Positions 47,134 through 58,845 of a stretch of 64,000 nt of DNA are shown here, piece after piece (position 1 is the first letter of the stretch; each line of letters opens with the position of its first letter). The notes beneath the pieces are model-generated. The model did no database searches. It worked only from the letters and a program-made list of their open reading frames with translations, and was not told where the DNA came from. The DNA comes from Selaginella moellendorffii (lineage: Eukaryota > Plantae > Lycopodiophyta): NCBI RefSeq assembly GCF_000143415.4, contig NW_003314340.1, forward strand, positions 676,161 through 740,160. Direction: 5' to 3'. Both the position numbers and the translations under genes were made by a program.

Positions 47134-48610
47134 ATGGCGGACGAGGAGAGCTCTAGCGCATGGCTCCACTCGGCGCTGATGCGCGTTTGCTCCGATCAAG
47201 CGGCGTTGGGCCTCCAGCTCGATTCCGACACCGTCGCCAGTCTGGTTTGCTACTGCGAGCTCGCCACGCCCGCCGACGCCGCGGAATACATCGTTGTAAG
47301 TTCCTTTCCTTTGTGAATTCCCTGTTTCCCATCTCCAGGGAAGAAATGCGGCATTGCCTTCTCATTGATTTTGCTGGCAGAACATTGTCGGACACGAATC
47401 GTGCGTGGAAATCGTCGAGGAGTATTTAAAACGGAGGACCACACCGCCAACCACGATCAAATCCAGCACCGGTACGCCATTGCAAGCATATCAAAAGCCT
47501 CAGGAAGAATCGACGTGGTCGGCCGGAGGGAAGAATGCCTCTCGAGCTGGAAAGCAAAAAGTCGCTAGCGGTCGCGAGGCAAATCCTGCTGCTGCCGCTG
47601 CTGCTCCAACTTCTTCCACAAAGGCTGCATCGTCTAGAAGAGAAAAAGCTTCCTCTGGAAGAGCAAAAAAGGGAGTGACAGTGGCGGAGGCAAGCAAGAT
47701 GATCCTCAATCCCGGAAAGCCTTGCGACTGCCAAGCAACGCGGCACGAGCTCGTGAATAATTGTTTGTCGTGTGGGAAGATCGTCTGCCAGCAAGAGGGT
47801 GAAGGCCCATGCAGCTTTTGCGGTGCTCTCGTGCTGAAAGAAGGCAGTGCCTATGCTGGTCTGGAGGGAAGTCTGTTGCCAACTTCGGAGGCCGAGGCTG
47901 CCGCGCAAGCGTTCAAGGACAGATTGGTGGAGTACGATCGAAACTCGGCTTCTCGCACGACTGTCATTGACGACCAGAGCGACTTTTTTGAGATCGAGGG
48001 TGATTCTTGGGTGTCAGAGGAGGTAAGTGCTCTTGCTCTCTTGACAAAAAACTTACGTGTTTTATGGAGCAGGAAAAGCAACTACTGAGGAAAAAGCAAA
48101 AGGAGTTTGAGATGGCAGAGGAGGAACGCAAAAAGCGAGTTGTTGTGACAATTGATCTCTTGGGCCGCAAGGTTTGTATTGTATTGGGAATAGCGACACG
48201 GATTGTAACGACTTTTACTTCTGTTTTTTCTTCTTTCACAGGTTGCCATGGCTGGTGGACCAGAAGAAGCAACAGTGGTTGGAAGCAGCAATTCAGGGAG
48301 TTTGGCAACAGCGCATGACCGGGAGAAAACTTTCCGCGTGAAAGCAAGTCCTGACGTTCGAGAGCTTCCGGTCTATGTCAACACCGAATCGTCCAGAGAT
48401 AGAGTAAACAAGAGCAAGGCAGCCTCCACAAGCACGGCGGCAGTGACCGGTCGAGTGCAGTACCAGGACGAATTTACGGAAGCATTACTGGGTCGCAAGA
48501 TGGAGCTTCTAGAGATTGATACAGCACAACAGCATAAGTGGCAGCAACCAAGGCTAATGAAAGGATCGTCAGCATTTGAGGAGGCGTCTCAGAGCTTCGA
48601 GTGTGCATAG
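47134..48610 (+). CDS. ASC-1/TRIP4 (Rqt4)-like C2HC5 zinc-finger protein, multi-exon
   Basis: CDCQATRHELVNNCLSCGKIVCQQEGEGPCSFCG, RLVEYDRNSASRTTVIDDQSDFF and VTIDLLGRKV. Confidence 0.93.
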
Positions 48611-48990
48611 AATTTCACGGGCTGGATAGCTGGCTGGCTGGTCACGAAATGGATACAAGGACGAGAACTGGTTGGTCACGCATTAGTGGGAGTTTGGATC
48701 AACCAATCCTTGCTGGACGTGTGGGACTAGAACAGCGACTTGCTTTCTTACAGGAGGAGTTTTCCGGAGTGTAGTGGTTGCCGCTTTTCGTACTCTAATC
48801 ACTCCTTTTACGTCGTGAGCTGGTCTTTTACATTGATGTGAGCTTTCGTTTTTTCCAGGAGCTTCCTTTCGTTCTTTGGTGCGGAGCAAAGATCTCGGCG
48901 GAAGCGTAAGCAAGTTCTCTTCTCTCCATGATTCGTATACATTCAATGTGGGATTTTTTTTGGCCAGGTGAAGCGCTCCAGCCGCTGAGA

Positions 48991-50214
48991 ATGGTTTCGC
49001 TCTTCGTCATTGCGGCTTCGCTGCTCTGGAGTCACTGGTACATCGACTTTGCACAGGGATGCATTGCTGCCGAGAAGGATGCCTTGCTCAAAGTCAAGGC
49101 GCAGATCACGGAGGACCCAACAATGTGTCTGGTTTCATGGAGGGCTTCTTCGGCGGACTGTTGCAAGTGGTCCAGGGTAACTTGTGACCCCGACACCGGT
49201 CACGTTGTCGAGCTCTACCTCCGGAATTGCTTCTTCAGGGGGACCATCTCCAGCTCCGTTGGGAAGCTCACAAAGCTCAAGTCACTCAACGTATACTTCA
49301 GCAAGCTCAACGGGAGCTTGCCAGCAGAGATTGGGAGCCTCGAGCGGCTGGAAGTTTTGGAGCTCCAGATTAATCAGCTGGACGGGGAGATACCATCTTC
49401 GATAGGACGTCTTTCGAGGCTGAGAGTGCTGGATCTCTCCGACAACCGCTTCACCGGCAGCCTCCCGGCATCCATTGGCAACTTGAAAGCTTTGGAACAC
49501 TTTCGAGTTTACGGGAACTCTCTCAAGGGGACTCTCCCCGAGTCCCTGGGTGGACTTACCGCGCTGGAGACGTTCGAGGCTTACGACAACCAGTTCAGAG
49601 GTGGCATTCCGAGCTCTATAGGGAATCTCACCAAGCTCCGAATCCTCAACCTCTACAGCAACCAGCTCAATGGAATTCTGCCGTCGACTATCGGTGCCTT
49701 GACGTCCCTCGAGATGCTCGTCCTCCACAGCAACAGGCTCAGGGGTGCCATTCCGGAATCGCTCAAGAACTTGGTGGAGCTGGAAACTCTGGCACTCTTT
49801 GGAAACCGGCTCAGGGACTCCATTCCAGACGTGTTCGGCTCCTTGAAAAAACTCCAGTTCGCAACCTTGTCCGACAACCGGTTTAGAGGAGACATCCCGA
49901 CGTCGCTGGCTAGCCTGGACAAGCTGGTTTCTCTCGACGTCTCGCGGAACGCAATGTCCGGCCAGATCCCGGAAGCGCTGGCTGGCAGCTCGGGCTTGTC
50001 CAACTTGGACTTCTCGGACAACCAGCTATCCGGAGTGATTCCTATGAAGATCATGGCACTGCCGGAGCTCAGATACTTCAACGTCTCCAACAATCGTCTG
50101 CATGGCCAGATCCCGCAGGTTGGAAGGTTCTCGGCTTCGGCGTTTATGGGAAACCCCGGGCTTTGCGACGCACCTCTTCCACCTTGCACTGCATCAAGCG
50201 AAGAAAGCACCTAG
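48991..50214 (+). CDS. Secreted LRR-only protein (PGIP/DRT100/RLP-like; no TM helix or kinase), single exon
   Basis: Signal peptide MVSLFVIAASLLW..., LRRNT cap (C...ALL...SW...CC.W..V.C), about 13 plant-specific LxxLxxLxLxxNxLxGxIP repeats, C-cap GNPGLC, then a stop. The ORF is open from 48928. Confidence 0.92.
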   Translation: MVSLFVIAASLLWSHWYIDFAQGCIAAEKDALLKVKAQITEDPTMCLVSWRASSADCCKWSRVTCDPDTGHVVELYLRNCFFRGTISSSVGKLTKLKSLNVYFSKLNGSLPAEIGSLERLEVLELQINQLDGEIPSSIGRLSRLRVLDLSDNRFTGSLPASIGNLKALEHFRVYGNSLKGTLPESLGGLTALETFEAYDNQFRGGIPSSIGNLTKLRILNLYSNQLNGILPSTIGALTSLEMLVLHSNRLRGAIPESLKNLVELETLALFGNRLRDSIPDVFGSLKKLQFATLSDNRFRGDIPTSLASLDKLVSLDVSRNAMSGQIPEALAGSSGLSNLDFSDNQLSGVIPMKIMALPELRYFNVSNNRLHGQIPQVGRFSASAFMGNPGLCDAPLPPCTASSEEST

Positions 50215-50358
50215 TTTTACGTCTAAAATTCACTTTGCCAGGTACTAATCTATACATCTTGAAAAGAAAACTTTTGTTCTTTCTCCCAGGTGTGTCGGGA
50301 GGTATTGTTTACTTGCTTCGTGCTCACGTCGATTCCATTGTGCTTTGCGTGACCAGCA

Positions 50359-50577
50359 TTAGGATCCAACTGGAGCATTTGCCGAGACGTCGGGCTTTTC
50401 GTAGCTGAAAACGACTTGATTGCCACGGGGACTGGGACTGGAGGGAGGAACTTGGATGTTCTTGGGCAGCCGGTTAAACGTGACGAGGTTCTCGTGATCC
50501 ATCGTCCCGGCCTGGTCCCTGGCAAAGATCGGCATCACCATCAAGCACCAGAGCAACATCAAAACCCGAGGTACCAT
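50359..50577 (-). CDS. Small secreted peptide precursor, IDA/PIP-like (72 aa)
   Basis: Hydrophobic N-terminus MVPRVLMLLWCLMVMPIFA; motif FNRLPKNIQVPPSSPSPRGN followed by a short C-terminal tail. Confidence 0.75.
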   Translation of the reverse strand: MVPRVLMLLWCLMVMPIFARDQAGTMDHENLVTFNRLPKNIQVPPSSPSPRGNQVVFSYEKPDVSANAPVGS

Positions 50578-51338
50578 CCTGAGAAGAACTCTGACGCTCT
50601 TTTCTCTGGAGAGGGATGTTTTGTTTTTCTAGCAGCCGAGGTGGTCGAAGGCAATGTGTTTGCCGCAATGGTTGAAATTACGCGGTGGTGGTGAGTTTGT
50701 CAATTCTAGTTTGTTAAAATTCTTCTCTGGCACTGTTGCTACGACCCGGCTTGGTTGGTGCTTTGTGCTCAATACTTTTCAGAGTCTTTGCGAGACAGGA
50801 CAATGTGTTACACGCGTTGGCTCAGATCTACAAAGTTGTCAAATAGTTTTTTCTCTCGATCCTTTGCATTCTTTCTTCCAACTTTGAGAGTCTTCTTCCA
50901 AAGAAGTACCAAACCTTCTACTTCCAAAAACTCGTCTTCTTCGCTCGAGTAATAATAAGCTTTGTTTTCATACTGTTTTGGTGTTCGTAGCTGGAGTCAT
51001 GGTTTCTGGCTGTTGATCCGGGACTTTTAGCAATATCAGCGCGTAGTTTTTGACATTGTGATTGTCTTTGCTTTCTTTCCAAGGTTTGAAAGCGTTGGGA
51101 TTGTACGTGATTTGTTGACTATTTGAATAAGTCATGCTCAAGATTCAGGTGTGGATGAGATAAGAGCAACAAACAAAAGTCCAGTTTTAATTGTTTAAGA
51201 ATTCGATGACACGACTATGTACAGAAAGAATAGATCCAACCAAGTCTAAACACAAAAATAAAACTCTCCTTTGGTGTGTGTACGTGTTCTTCCCTCAGCA
51301 AAAATGCAAGACTTTGGAGACTCTTGTCAAAGTATCTC

Positions 51339-51596
51339 TCAATTTCCTCCAGGATTTGGCCCCGAAGGAGGAGGATCATCGAAGAACTTGCTTCTCCCGT
51401 TCCATCCCGCATGGAGCTCCCGCAGCGCTCTCGTGCATCGATCCAGCGCCCCCGATGCCGCCACGCGAATCGCTTCCAGGCTGTGATGATGCCGGTGGCG
51501 ATCGTGGAGATTCCTGGCCGAAGAACACACACAACTGGAAGAAACCAAGAGAAGAGCCAGCAACAAAGCCACTCCAACACGACCCGGTGGAGCCAT
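51339..51596 (-). CDS. Small secreted peptide precursor, CLE/IDA-like (85 aa)
   Basis: Signal MAPPGRVGVALLLALLLVSSSCVCSSA-R; C-terminal DPPPSGPNPGGN-stop; TATAAAA on the minus strand at 51687-51693. Confidence 0.75.
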   Translation of the reverse strand: MAPPGRVGVALLLALLLVSSSCVCSSARNLHDRHRHHHSLEAIRVAASGALDRCTRALRELHAGWNGRSKFFDDPPPSGPNPGGN

Positions 51597-52664
51597 GAAA
51601 ACCACTCTCGATCGTGTCTAGATGATCTCCTCTTGACTCTCTCTCGCGCTTTTCCTCTCGATCGATCAATCGATGGACGACTTTGGTTTTATACCACGCC
51701 CCAGGGATTTGCGAGAGAAGATCAAGCAAAGCAAAGAAAGCGCAAAGAAAGCGCTTACCACTCTACTGCGATGATAAGAATTTCCCCTTGGAAGACGAAA
51801 GAGTGCTAACTTGGCTACCACGCCACCACCAATTAAAGATGTTGTTCATAAAACACGGTTTTGACCCTAGGCCAGCCAGCGCATACCATTCGTCACCCTA
51901 CTTTCACCCAGAGATAAGTTTTCTTGCTCTATCAAGCAACAACCAGCAATTTTACCACGAAACTCTTGCACCAAACTCTCTAGTTTAGAGTTTTACCCGG
52001 AGAAAACTTCCACCCAAGAACAGCAAGGTCTCGAGTTTAGAAATTTCAACGGGTTGAAAAGGAAAAAAGGATGCGAGGAAGTGCCACTTTTTGGTGTCCC
52101 AGATCGTGGGCTTCCCGCAAAATCATAGCCGGCATTTCGCGTAGCCGACCCATTTGACACAGTAAATTTTCTTAGTTAAGCGGTGAAGAGCTCCGCACGC
52201 CACCTTAAGCGGGTAAAGATTCGTCGTCAAAAATAGCCCGGAGTTTTTCAACGCTTGAACTTGAAATTGTGCACGTTCAAAAGCACGAATATGGGAAAAC
52301 CAGAAAAAAAAACGTTGAATGGTCAAGAGTCAGCTACTTTAGAACCAGAAAAACAGGGCCAGTCAACCATTGTCATGCCGTAGGCGCGTTCACGAGTCGT
52401 TTCCATGGCAGTTCCTGGGTGAAAAAACCAAAATATAAAGCTGGGGCACGCTCTCGAGTGGATCAATCACGGGTTCTTCCAAGCATACGAATCGATATCA
52501 CTCGAATTTTTCCACTCGGGCGATCATTAGAGTCTTCAAGGAGGAAGGAGCAGAAGATTACGATCTCAACGATTCCTTCTTCCTCATAGGAATACATATC
52601 ACCGGTTTTGAAGATTTTGACAACGCGATTCGGATCCGGAGAGATCGTTCTAGGCTCTTTGGGA

Positions 52665-52904
52665 ATGGCGAGATTTACTCAAGCGCTGGCTGCTTTCCTT
52701 GTGATGATGGTGATGTTCTCTCCGGGTCTTTGCGAGTGCCATGGTGGAGTGAGTGGATCTTTGTTCGGGATTGGAATGAATAACAGTGAAGTGGCGATCA
52801 ATTCGACGGGTAACAGGAAGATGTTGCTGGAAGGCCAAGTTTTCCAAAAGCTTCCCAAGAATACTCCAACAGCACCATCGGGTCCAAACAAGGGTCACAA
52901 CTGA
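52665..52904 (+). CDS. Small secreted peptide precursor, IDA-like (79 aa)
   Basis: Signal MARFTQALAAFLVMMVMFSPGLCEC; RKML processing-type site; C-terminal FQKLPKNTPTAPSGPNKGHN-stop; TATAAA at 52434. Confidence 0.82.
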   Translation: MARFTQALAAFLVMMVMFSPGLCECHGGVSGSLFGIGMNNSEVAINSTGNRKMLLEGQVFQKLPKNTPTAPSGPNKGHN

Positions 52905-54536
52905 GAGAAGGTTATCAAACTTGGAGCTGTTGCTGAGGAGTAAAAAGATGAAACTCAGACATTTTTGTAAATAGATTCATTTATAAATGTTTTCGATTTG
53001 AGGTCTATCTTTTAGTTCATCATAGTTGTCTCCAAACCGATCGACTTGAAGCTCAAAACATATAATTTCTAAATATAACAGCAAATTCTAGAATATTCTA
53101 ATCTATTTATTTACACATATGTGGACATATTTTTTGTTTTCTGAAGCATGCCACATAAGCAGGCCACCTAGGATTGCCCTTACAGTGACCTGGGTTTATA
53201 AACTATAAATGTGCTTATAATTTTTGACAGTTTTTAAGATGATTTCTATAATTAATGTTCCAACATTTTAAAATAAGAAAGAGTAGAATTAGAATACGAC
53301 AACAAAGTTATCTGATTATTCAGAAAGATGTAATTATGTAATTATTCAGAAAGTTTATTGTGGAATATAATATAAAGGCATTAATTAAATGCAATTTAAA
53401 ATTTCACCAAACTTTATTCTGATAGATGATTTTGAAGAAAAATGTAGTTTATTCATCCAGTTTCATATTAACTTTTTGTTTAGAATTTTTTTTTGAGAAT
53501 TCTTAATTGAATTACACATTAATAAACTAAATTGATAATAATACTAAGAATAACATTATTATTAAACAAATATGTAAGGCACAGTAATTTCTGGTTTGCT
53601 TCAGAAATAGAATTTCTTGGTCTGTTTGGTAGTAGTGAATATACCGAAAATATATTTGAATATTTTAAAATATTCTACCATCTAATAGTTGTTATTCATT
53701 TAGATTAATCTTATATTTATAATTTATAAACATGTTTATAATTTATAAGCTTTTCTAAACACTTCCTACTATTAATATTTAATTATACTTTTCTCAATAT
53801 ATTGTTATATCTATTAAAATAATTACTTATTCTTGAACAATAAATATAATAAATGTAATAAATGTCTAAAACTCTAAAAAAACTACAGCTTCTCGACTAA
53901 GGGTCACAAATAAGAGAACATAAGAGCTATAAAAAAATCAAAATGTACATAAATTTATTCATACTTTCAAATAGCTCGAACTTTCATCATTACTATAAAC
54001 CATTTGTAACTGCTTGAAACCAATGATTTTTTCTCCTCTCTCGCGTCCCATTAACTTCTTCCTTCACGGGCCTGCCTACCTCAAAGCTTGGCCTCTCCTT
54101 TTTTTGTGTCGTGCGAGTACTCCGTGACCACCCCCCACCTCTAGCAACATATTCACAGAAAAGTGAAGCTCCCTTCTAATCCCAATCCCAACATCAAAAC
54201 AATCACTCGAGATGTAACGGAAAAATATACGACAATAGCGAACCTGTCCAATCCTCCACACACTAGGTAGATCATAGGCGTCCTCATTTCTCCATGCTGA
54301 ATAAATTGCCCAGAGATAATGCCAGGCTAACTGTTGTGAAAGCTCCACTTGGCTTCATCTTGGTGACAAGAATTCAATCCGCTAAGATTCCAGGCCTTGC
54401 TGCTCGCTGCTCTTTCAGCAGCCATTTCCTTGTCCGCACTGTCAGGTAAGGTGTAAGTGATCTAGACAGGGGAGAAAACAACCAAGGAAGAAATCACACC
54501 TACATTCATCGATGCACGGAAGAAGCTCGAGTAGAA

Positions 54537-57189
54537 ATGGCGCGCGCTCTGAAGGAGAAGCTCCTCCCTAAGAACCAGCGGCAAAAGAGCAAGGCAAGTC
54601 CTCCGGAAGACAGGTACTTCACTTTCACTCCCGATGATGCAAGAGGAACTTGGGCCGCGGCTCCAAGACGGTCCACTCTCTCCAAATTGAGAGACTCGTT
54701 CAGGCTGTTCGAAAAAACCAAGAGCGGGTTAAACAGGAAATTGGCACAAGATGGCACCGACCTCGTCAAGGACAGAAGCAAAACCGGTCTAGATCCTCCA
54801 AGGTTCTCCTGCGACGGTATCAGCGAATTCAAGTTAAAGGAACCACCCCGTCGTTCTCTTGACGGTCGAATTCTCCTCGGAACAAGCGACCCTCCAGATG
54901 ATCCTCCATCTTACGAGCCACCTCGAAGGTCCTTCGACGTTGGCATGCTGTCAAAAACGTATCAGAACTCGCAGCAGCAGCAGCAGCAGCAGCAGCGAAC
55001 AAACGTTGTCGCACGGCTGATGGGTCTGAGCGACACTCATCTGGACGGACCATGCCGCAAGCTTGAAGACTTTTTTAAAGATGAGCTTGCTTCAAAAGGA
55101 GAGAAAACCAATGTCAGCGTCACCACAGTTCAAGCCGAAAGCAACGTACCAGTGCTTGGCCCCGGCGTAAAAACCGACAGCTCGCCAGAGAGAAACCAGC
55201 AGCAGCAGCAGAAAAGTCAAAACTTTCCCAAGGCCAAGCAAGATGTGATCTCCACCATGCAGCAGCAAGCTTCGTTTCAAAAGGTCGTGGAAAGGCTGGA
55301 GAGGCTTCAGCTATCGGAATCACTCAAGCAGCAGCAGCACTGCAGAGCACATGACAGTGACATCAATCCACAGCAGCACCCCGTCGAAGAACGCACGCCT
55401 GGGGATTCTAACTTGGGAGGACAAAAGTCTCTTTTCGAGGAGCTCCTCAAGCTGGAGGAGCTCAGAGCAAGGCCAGGAGCCAAACAGCTATCCAAAAAGT
55501 CCAAACCAGGCCCTCACCATCACCATCAAAAGATTTCCCAGAGCACTGATTCCCAGGCCAGAATTTCCATCCTCGTCCTCAAGACAACGCAGGCACCACG
55601 ACACAGTAGCAGCATCACGCAAGTTGGAGCTACTAGCACTGGCAGCAAGCGTCCAAAGCAATCTTTCACCACCAACAGAGAAAAAAAAGTTCCCAGCGCT
55701 GCCGATTGCAGAGGCGGCAGCGCTAGAAGCACGCAGGCGACAAAGACACCAGCTAGAAATACCAATCACAGGAACGCAAACCAAGAAGACGCGAAAATTT
55801 TCCTTCCAACGATTCCAGCTACGGAGAAGAGAATCCATACCGTTTCGCGATCCAGCTTGATGAGGCCGACGATCGCGAGCTCCGCGCGGGGCCAGCGGCA
55901 TCAGCGCCATCGGATCGTCGGCGCCGCGCCTGGCGCTCCAAAACCTAGCGAGACGCCCGCCAAGAACAAAAAAAATTCAAACGAATGGAGCCCTAGAAGG
56001 GACCAAAGTGAAAGTAGAGCCGCATTACTTACCTTGCGAGAGAGAAAGAAGCGCGAAGTGGCGGCGGCGGCGGCGGTGAGCTCGAGAGTGGACAGCGATG
56101 GTGGCGATTTGGGAAATGTGACAATCTCGCAAGAGAGCTGCGAGAAAAGCTTCCGACAGTACGATCCAGGCACAGAGGTTTGTGTGAATTTTTCTCTTTG
56201 GTTTTGTTTGTTCTTGCTTCTTGGTACTTGCGATCGATCAAAAGCTTTCTTTTCTTTCCTTGCGTTCTTTCTTGTTGGTATTCGTTCTTCTTTGTTTCAT
56301 AGTACTTTACGATCGATCGAGCTCCAGGTTTGTGTGAATTTTCTCTTTGGTTTTGTTTGTTCTGCTTCTTTGTACTTGTAATCGATCAAAATATTTCTTT
56401 TCTTCTTTCTCGTTGGTATTCGTTCTTCTTTGTTTGAGAGTACTTTGCGATCGATCGCGCTTCTCATGGTTCTTCCCACCTTTCCTTTGTTTTTCTTTGT
56501 TTCTCGATGGTCTCACTTACGATGATCTACTTTTCTAATGAACTTCTCACATTTTTTTCTTTTTTCTTTCGCCAGACAAGTACTGCTGCTGCTCCAGGCT
56601 CTGACCTCCGCTCGTCAACAAAACCAAGTGTGGATGCGTTTGAGAATTGGAGCCCAGTCTCGGTGCTCGAGCGCCCAGTCTCGTACGAAGATGAGGACGA
56701 AGATCTCCACCACTGCGACGTGGCCGCCGCAGTCAAGCCATCTCCAGGTAGCGAGCTTTGCATAGTTTGTTCTTCAAGTTCCAAAAGTCTCGGTCTTCAT
56801 TCCTCTCCTCGCTTTCGTTGTTTTGCACAGATCAACAAGTCAGAAATGTGGAGCCTGACAAATTCCGCGACGCGTCGAAGATTTCGCAGCCGGACAAGCC
56901 GGCGATGATTCGGAGACAACCGTTGCCAGAGCTGCCGAGCCTCGAGGTCTTCAAGGCTCCATTTTTTAGTGCTTTTGACGACGAGCATGACTCGTCGATG
57001 CACGTCTGCGTAGATCACTGGAGCCACCACCACCACCGCCACCATCGCCAGCAGTGCTGCGCAAAGTGCCTGGCGCAAGTTTGCATCCAAGTTGACACTG
57101 CGATATTCGACGACCTCGTCTACGATTCAATCATCCAGCTCAATGCGCAGCACATCACAAAGTGGATGAGGATGAGCATGCTCTCCTAA
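54537..57189 (+). CDS. TRM / LONGIFOLIA-family protein (VARLMGL plus DUF4378-type C-terminus), multi-exon
   Basis: PRFSCDG, KLKEPPR.SLD, NVVARLMGL, SPVSVLE and IFDDLV motifs appear in order. Confidence 0.85.
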
Positions 57190-57600
57190 AACACTAACAA
57201 GCCGGAGAGATTCTCAACATCACCACCATTATTTTACTCTTTCCTTGATCCTCACCAATATCGTCTCCCCCCTTTTTCCATCCATTGGTCGATCCATCCA
57301 TCCATCAAAAATCTCTTTTTTCTTCTCCAATTCGCTCTCACCGCCGCACGCACGCACGCACGCACGCACGCACGAACAAACGAAAAAACAAATTCCTCTC
57401 GCCGAGAATTCGAATCTGGCAGCTCTCGAGGGTGAAGAAGCAACAAATTTGATATACAGAATCATACACGAGAGAGAAAAAAAACCAAAAGCTTGCCAAA
57501 TTCCAGTGTCTGTTTCTCGACATTCATGAGTGAATGAGACTGCGCATCGCTCATCCAAAAAAATGTGTTTTCTCCTACAAAAACTCGCTGGATCATCCTC

Positions 57601-58845
57601 TCAAAACCGCGGATAGATCGGAACCACGGCCTCTGGCAGTGCCCGATCCGGCGCCGCGATGATGCACGGCTCCTCGCTATACGCCTGGCGCAAGAATTTC
57701 AGGAGCTCATACACCTGCTGCTTAGTCGCGGCGCTGCAATCTACGTGAAGCAGCAGCAGCAATCGCTCAAACGTATTCGCATCCACCGCCCTCTTGCGCA
57801 TCAATCCCTCGCTGCTGGAGAACTTACACAAGCTCCAGATGATCGAGACTGCGAGCTCGGTGGCGAGGGTCGAGACCCGGAACATCTTCTTGGCCACCGC
57901 GAACATCCCCAGCTCGTGGCCCGCGAAGGAATCCCTCCCCTCGGCGCTCCGGCACAGGAGCTCGAGCACAGACAGTCCGAGTTCCGTACATGACCGGCTG
58001 CCCAGCTCGGGTAAGAGCTCAATGACCCGGTGTACGGCACCCAGCGCGACGAGCCGGGCCCTGTTCCTCCGGAGCTCCAGGAGCGATCGCATCGCCTCGA
58101 GCCCCGCGCGGGGCATCGAATTCCTCCTCCCCTTGCCCGTGGTGGATGATTCGCTCGCGAGCATCCCGACGAGCGCGACGAGAAGGGGCTGACTGGAGCC
58201 CAGTTGGAGCTTGAGATCGCAGTCGGCGCTGGCGAGTTTCTCGACGATCGAAGCGGCGTTTATCCGGGCCTCCGTGCTGGAGCTGCGAGACAAGAGAATT
58301 GCGGTGGATGATCGCGCCAGCCGTGTCAGTGTGTCGTGATCGTCGGCGTTCTTGGAGGAGGTGGTGGGCATCAAGAACAAGATAGTGCCCAGTGCCTCCT
58401 CGACAATCTCGCTGCTACTGGATGGCGATTCCAGCACCGCCATGACCGCTGCCATCAAATCCTCTCGCAATTGAGGGCTCATCTTCTGCTGCTGCTTGAT
58501 CAAGCTCTTCCTCACGCTCCGGAGCTCCTGCGCTAGTCCAATTGACGAGCTACACAGTCTCTGGATCGTCACTGCTCCTAGAATTTCACAGCCTTGCTCC
58601 TCTTGCCGGCCATCCTTGGTCAGCGAGCTGCAAAACGAGTGGATCAAGCTCCGGAGTGTGAGATTGGGCACAAGCTCCGTGCTGGGCATACTCTGCATTG
58701 TCGCCGGGCACGTCGAATTCCCATCGGCGATCCACTTCTCGATGCTCTTGCGCTCGTATGTGATCCCCGTGCACAGCGTCACGGGGTCTCGCATGAGCTC
58801 CAGCGAGATTGGGCACCTAAACAGGGGGGGAATGGTGGTCGCCAT
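57601..58845 (-). CDS. Plant U-box/ARM E3 ubiquitin ligase (CMPG1/PUB20-29 class), single exon
   Basis: IPPLFRCPISLELMRDPVTLCTGITYERKSIEKW...CPATMQ...LVPNLTLRSLI, followed by ARM repeats. Confidence 0.95.
   Translation of the reverse strand: MATTIPPLFRCPISLELMRDPVTLCTGITYERKSIEKWIADGNSTCPATMQSMPSTELVPNLTLRSLIHSFCSSLTKDGRQEEQGCEILGAVTIQRLCSSSIGLAQELRSVRKSLIKQQQKMSPQLREDLMAAVMAVLESPSSSSEIVEEALGTILFLMPTTSSKNADDHDTLTRLARSSTAILLSRSSSTEARINAASIVEKLASADCDLKLQLGSSQPLLVALVGMLASESSTTGKGRRNSMPRAGLEAMRSLLELRRNRARLVALGAVHRVIELLPELGSRSCTELGLSVLELLCRSAEGRDSFAGHELGMFAVAKKMFRVSTLATELAVSIIWSLCKFSSSEGLMRKRAVDANTFERLLLLLHVDCSAATKQQVYELLKFLRQAYSEEPCIIAAPDRALPEAVVPIYPRF

Noticed and set aside
52960-54010. Very AT-rich kilobase with an 11-bp inverted repeat (about 53138 and 53597) as a MITE
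   Set aside because: The inverted repeat is short and there is no convincing TSD; it cannot be classified without a genome search.
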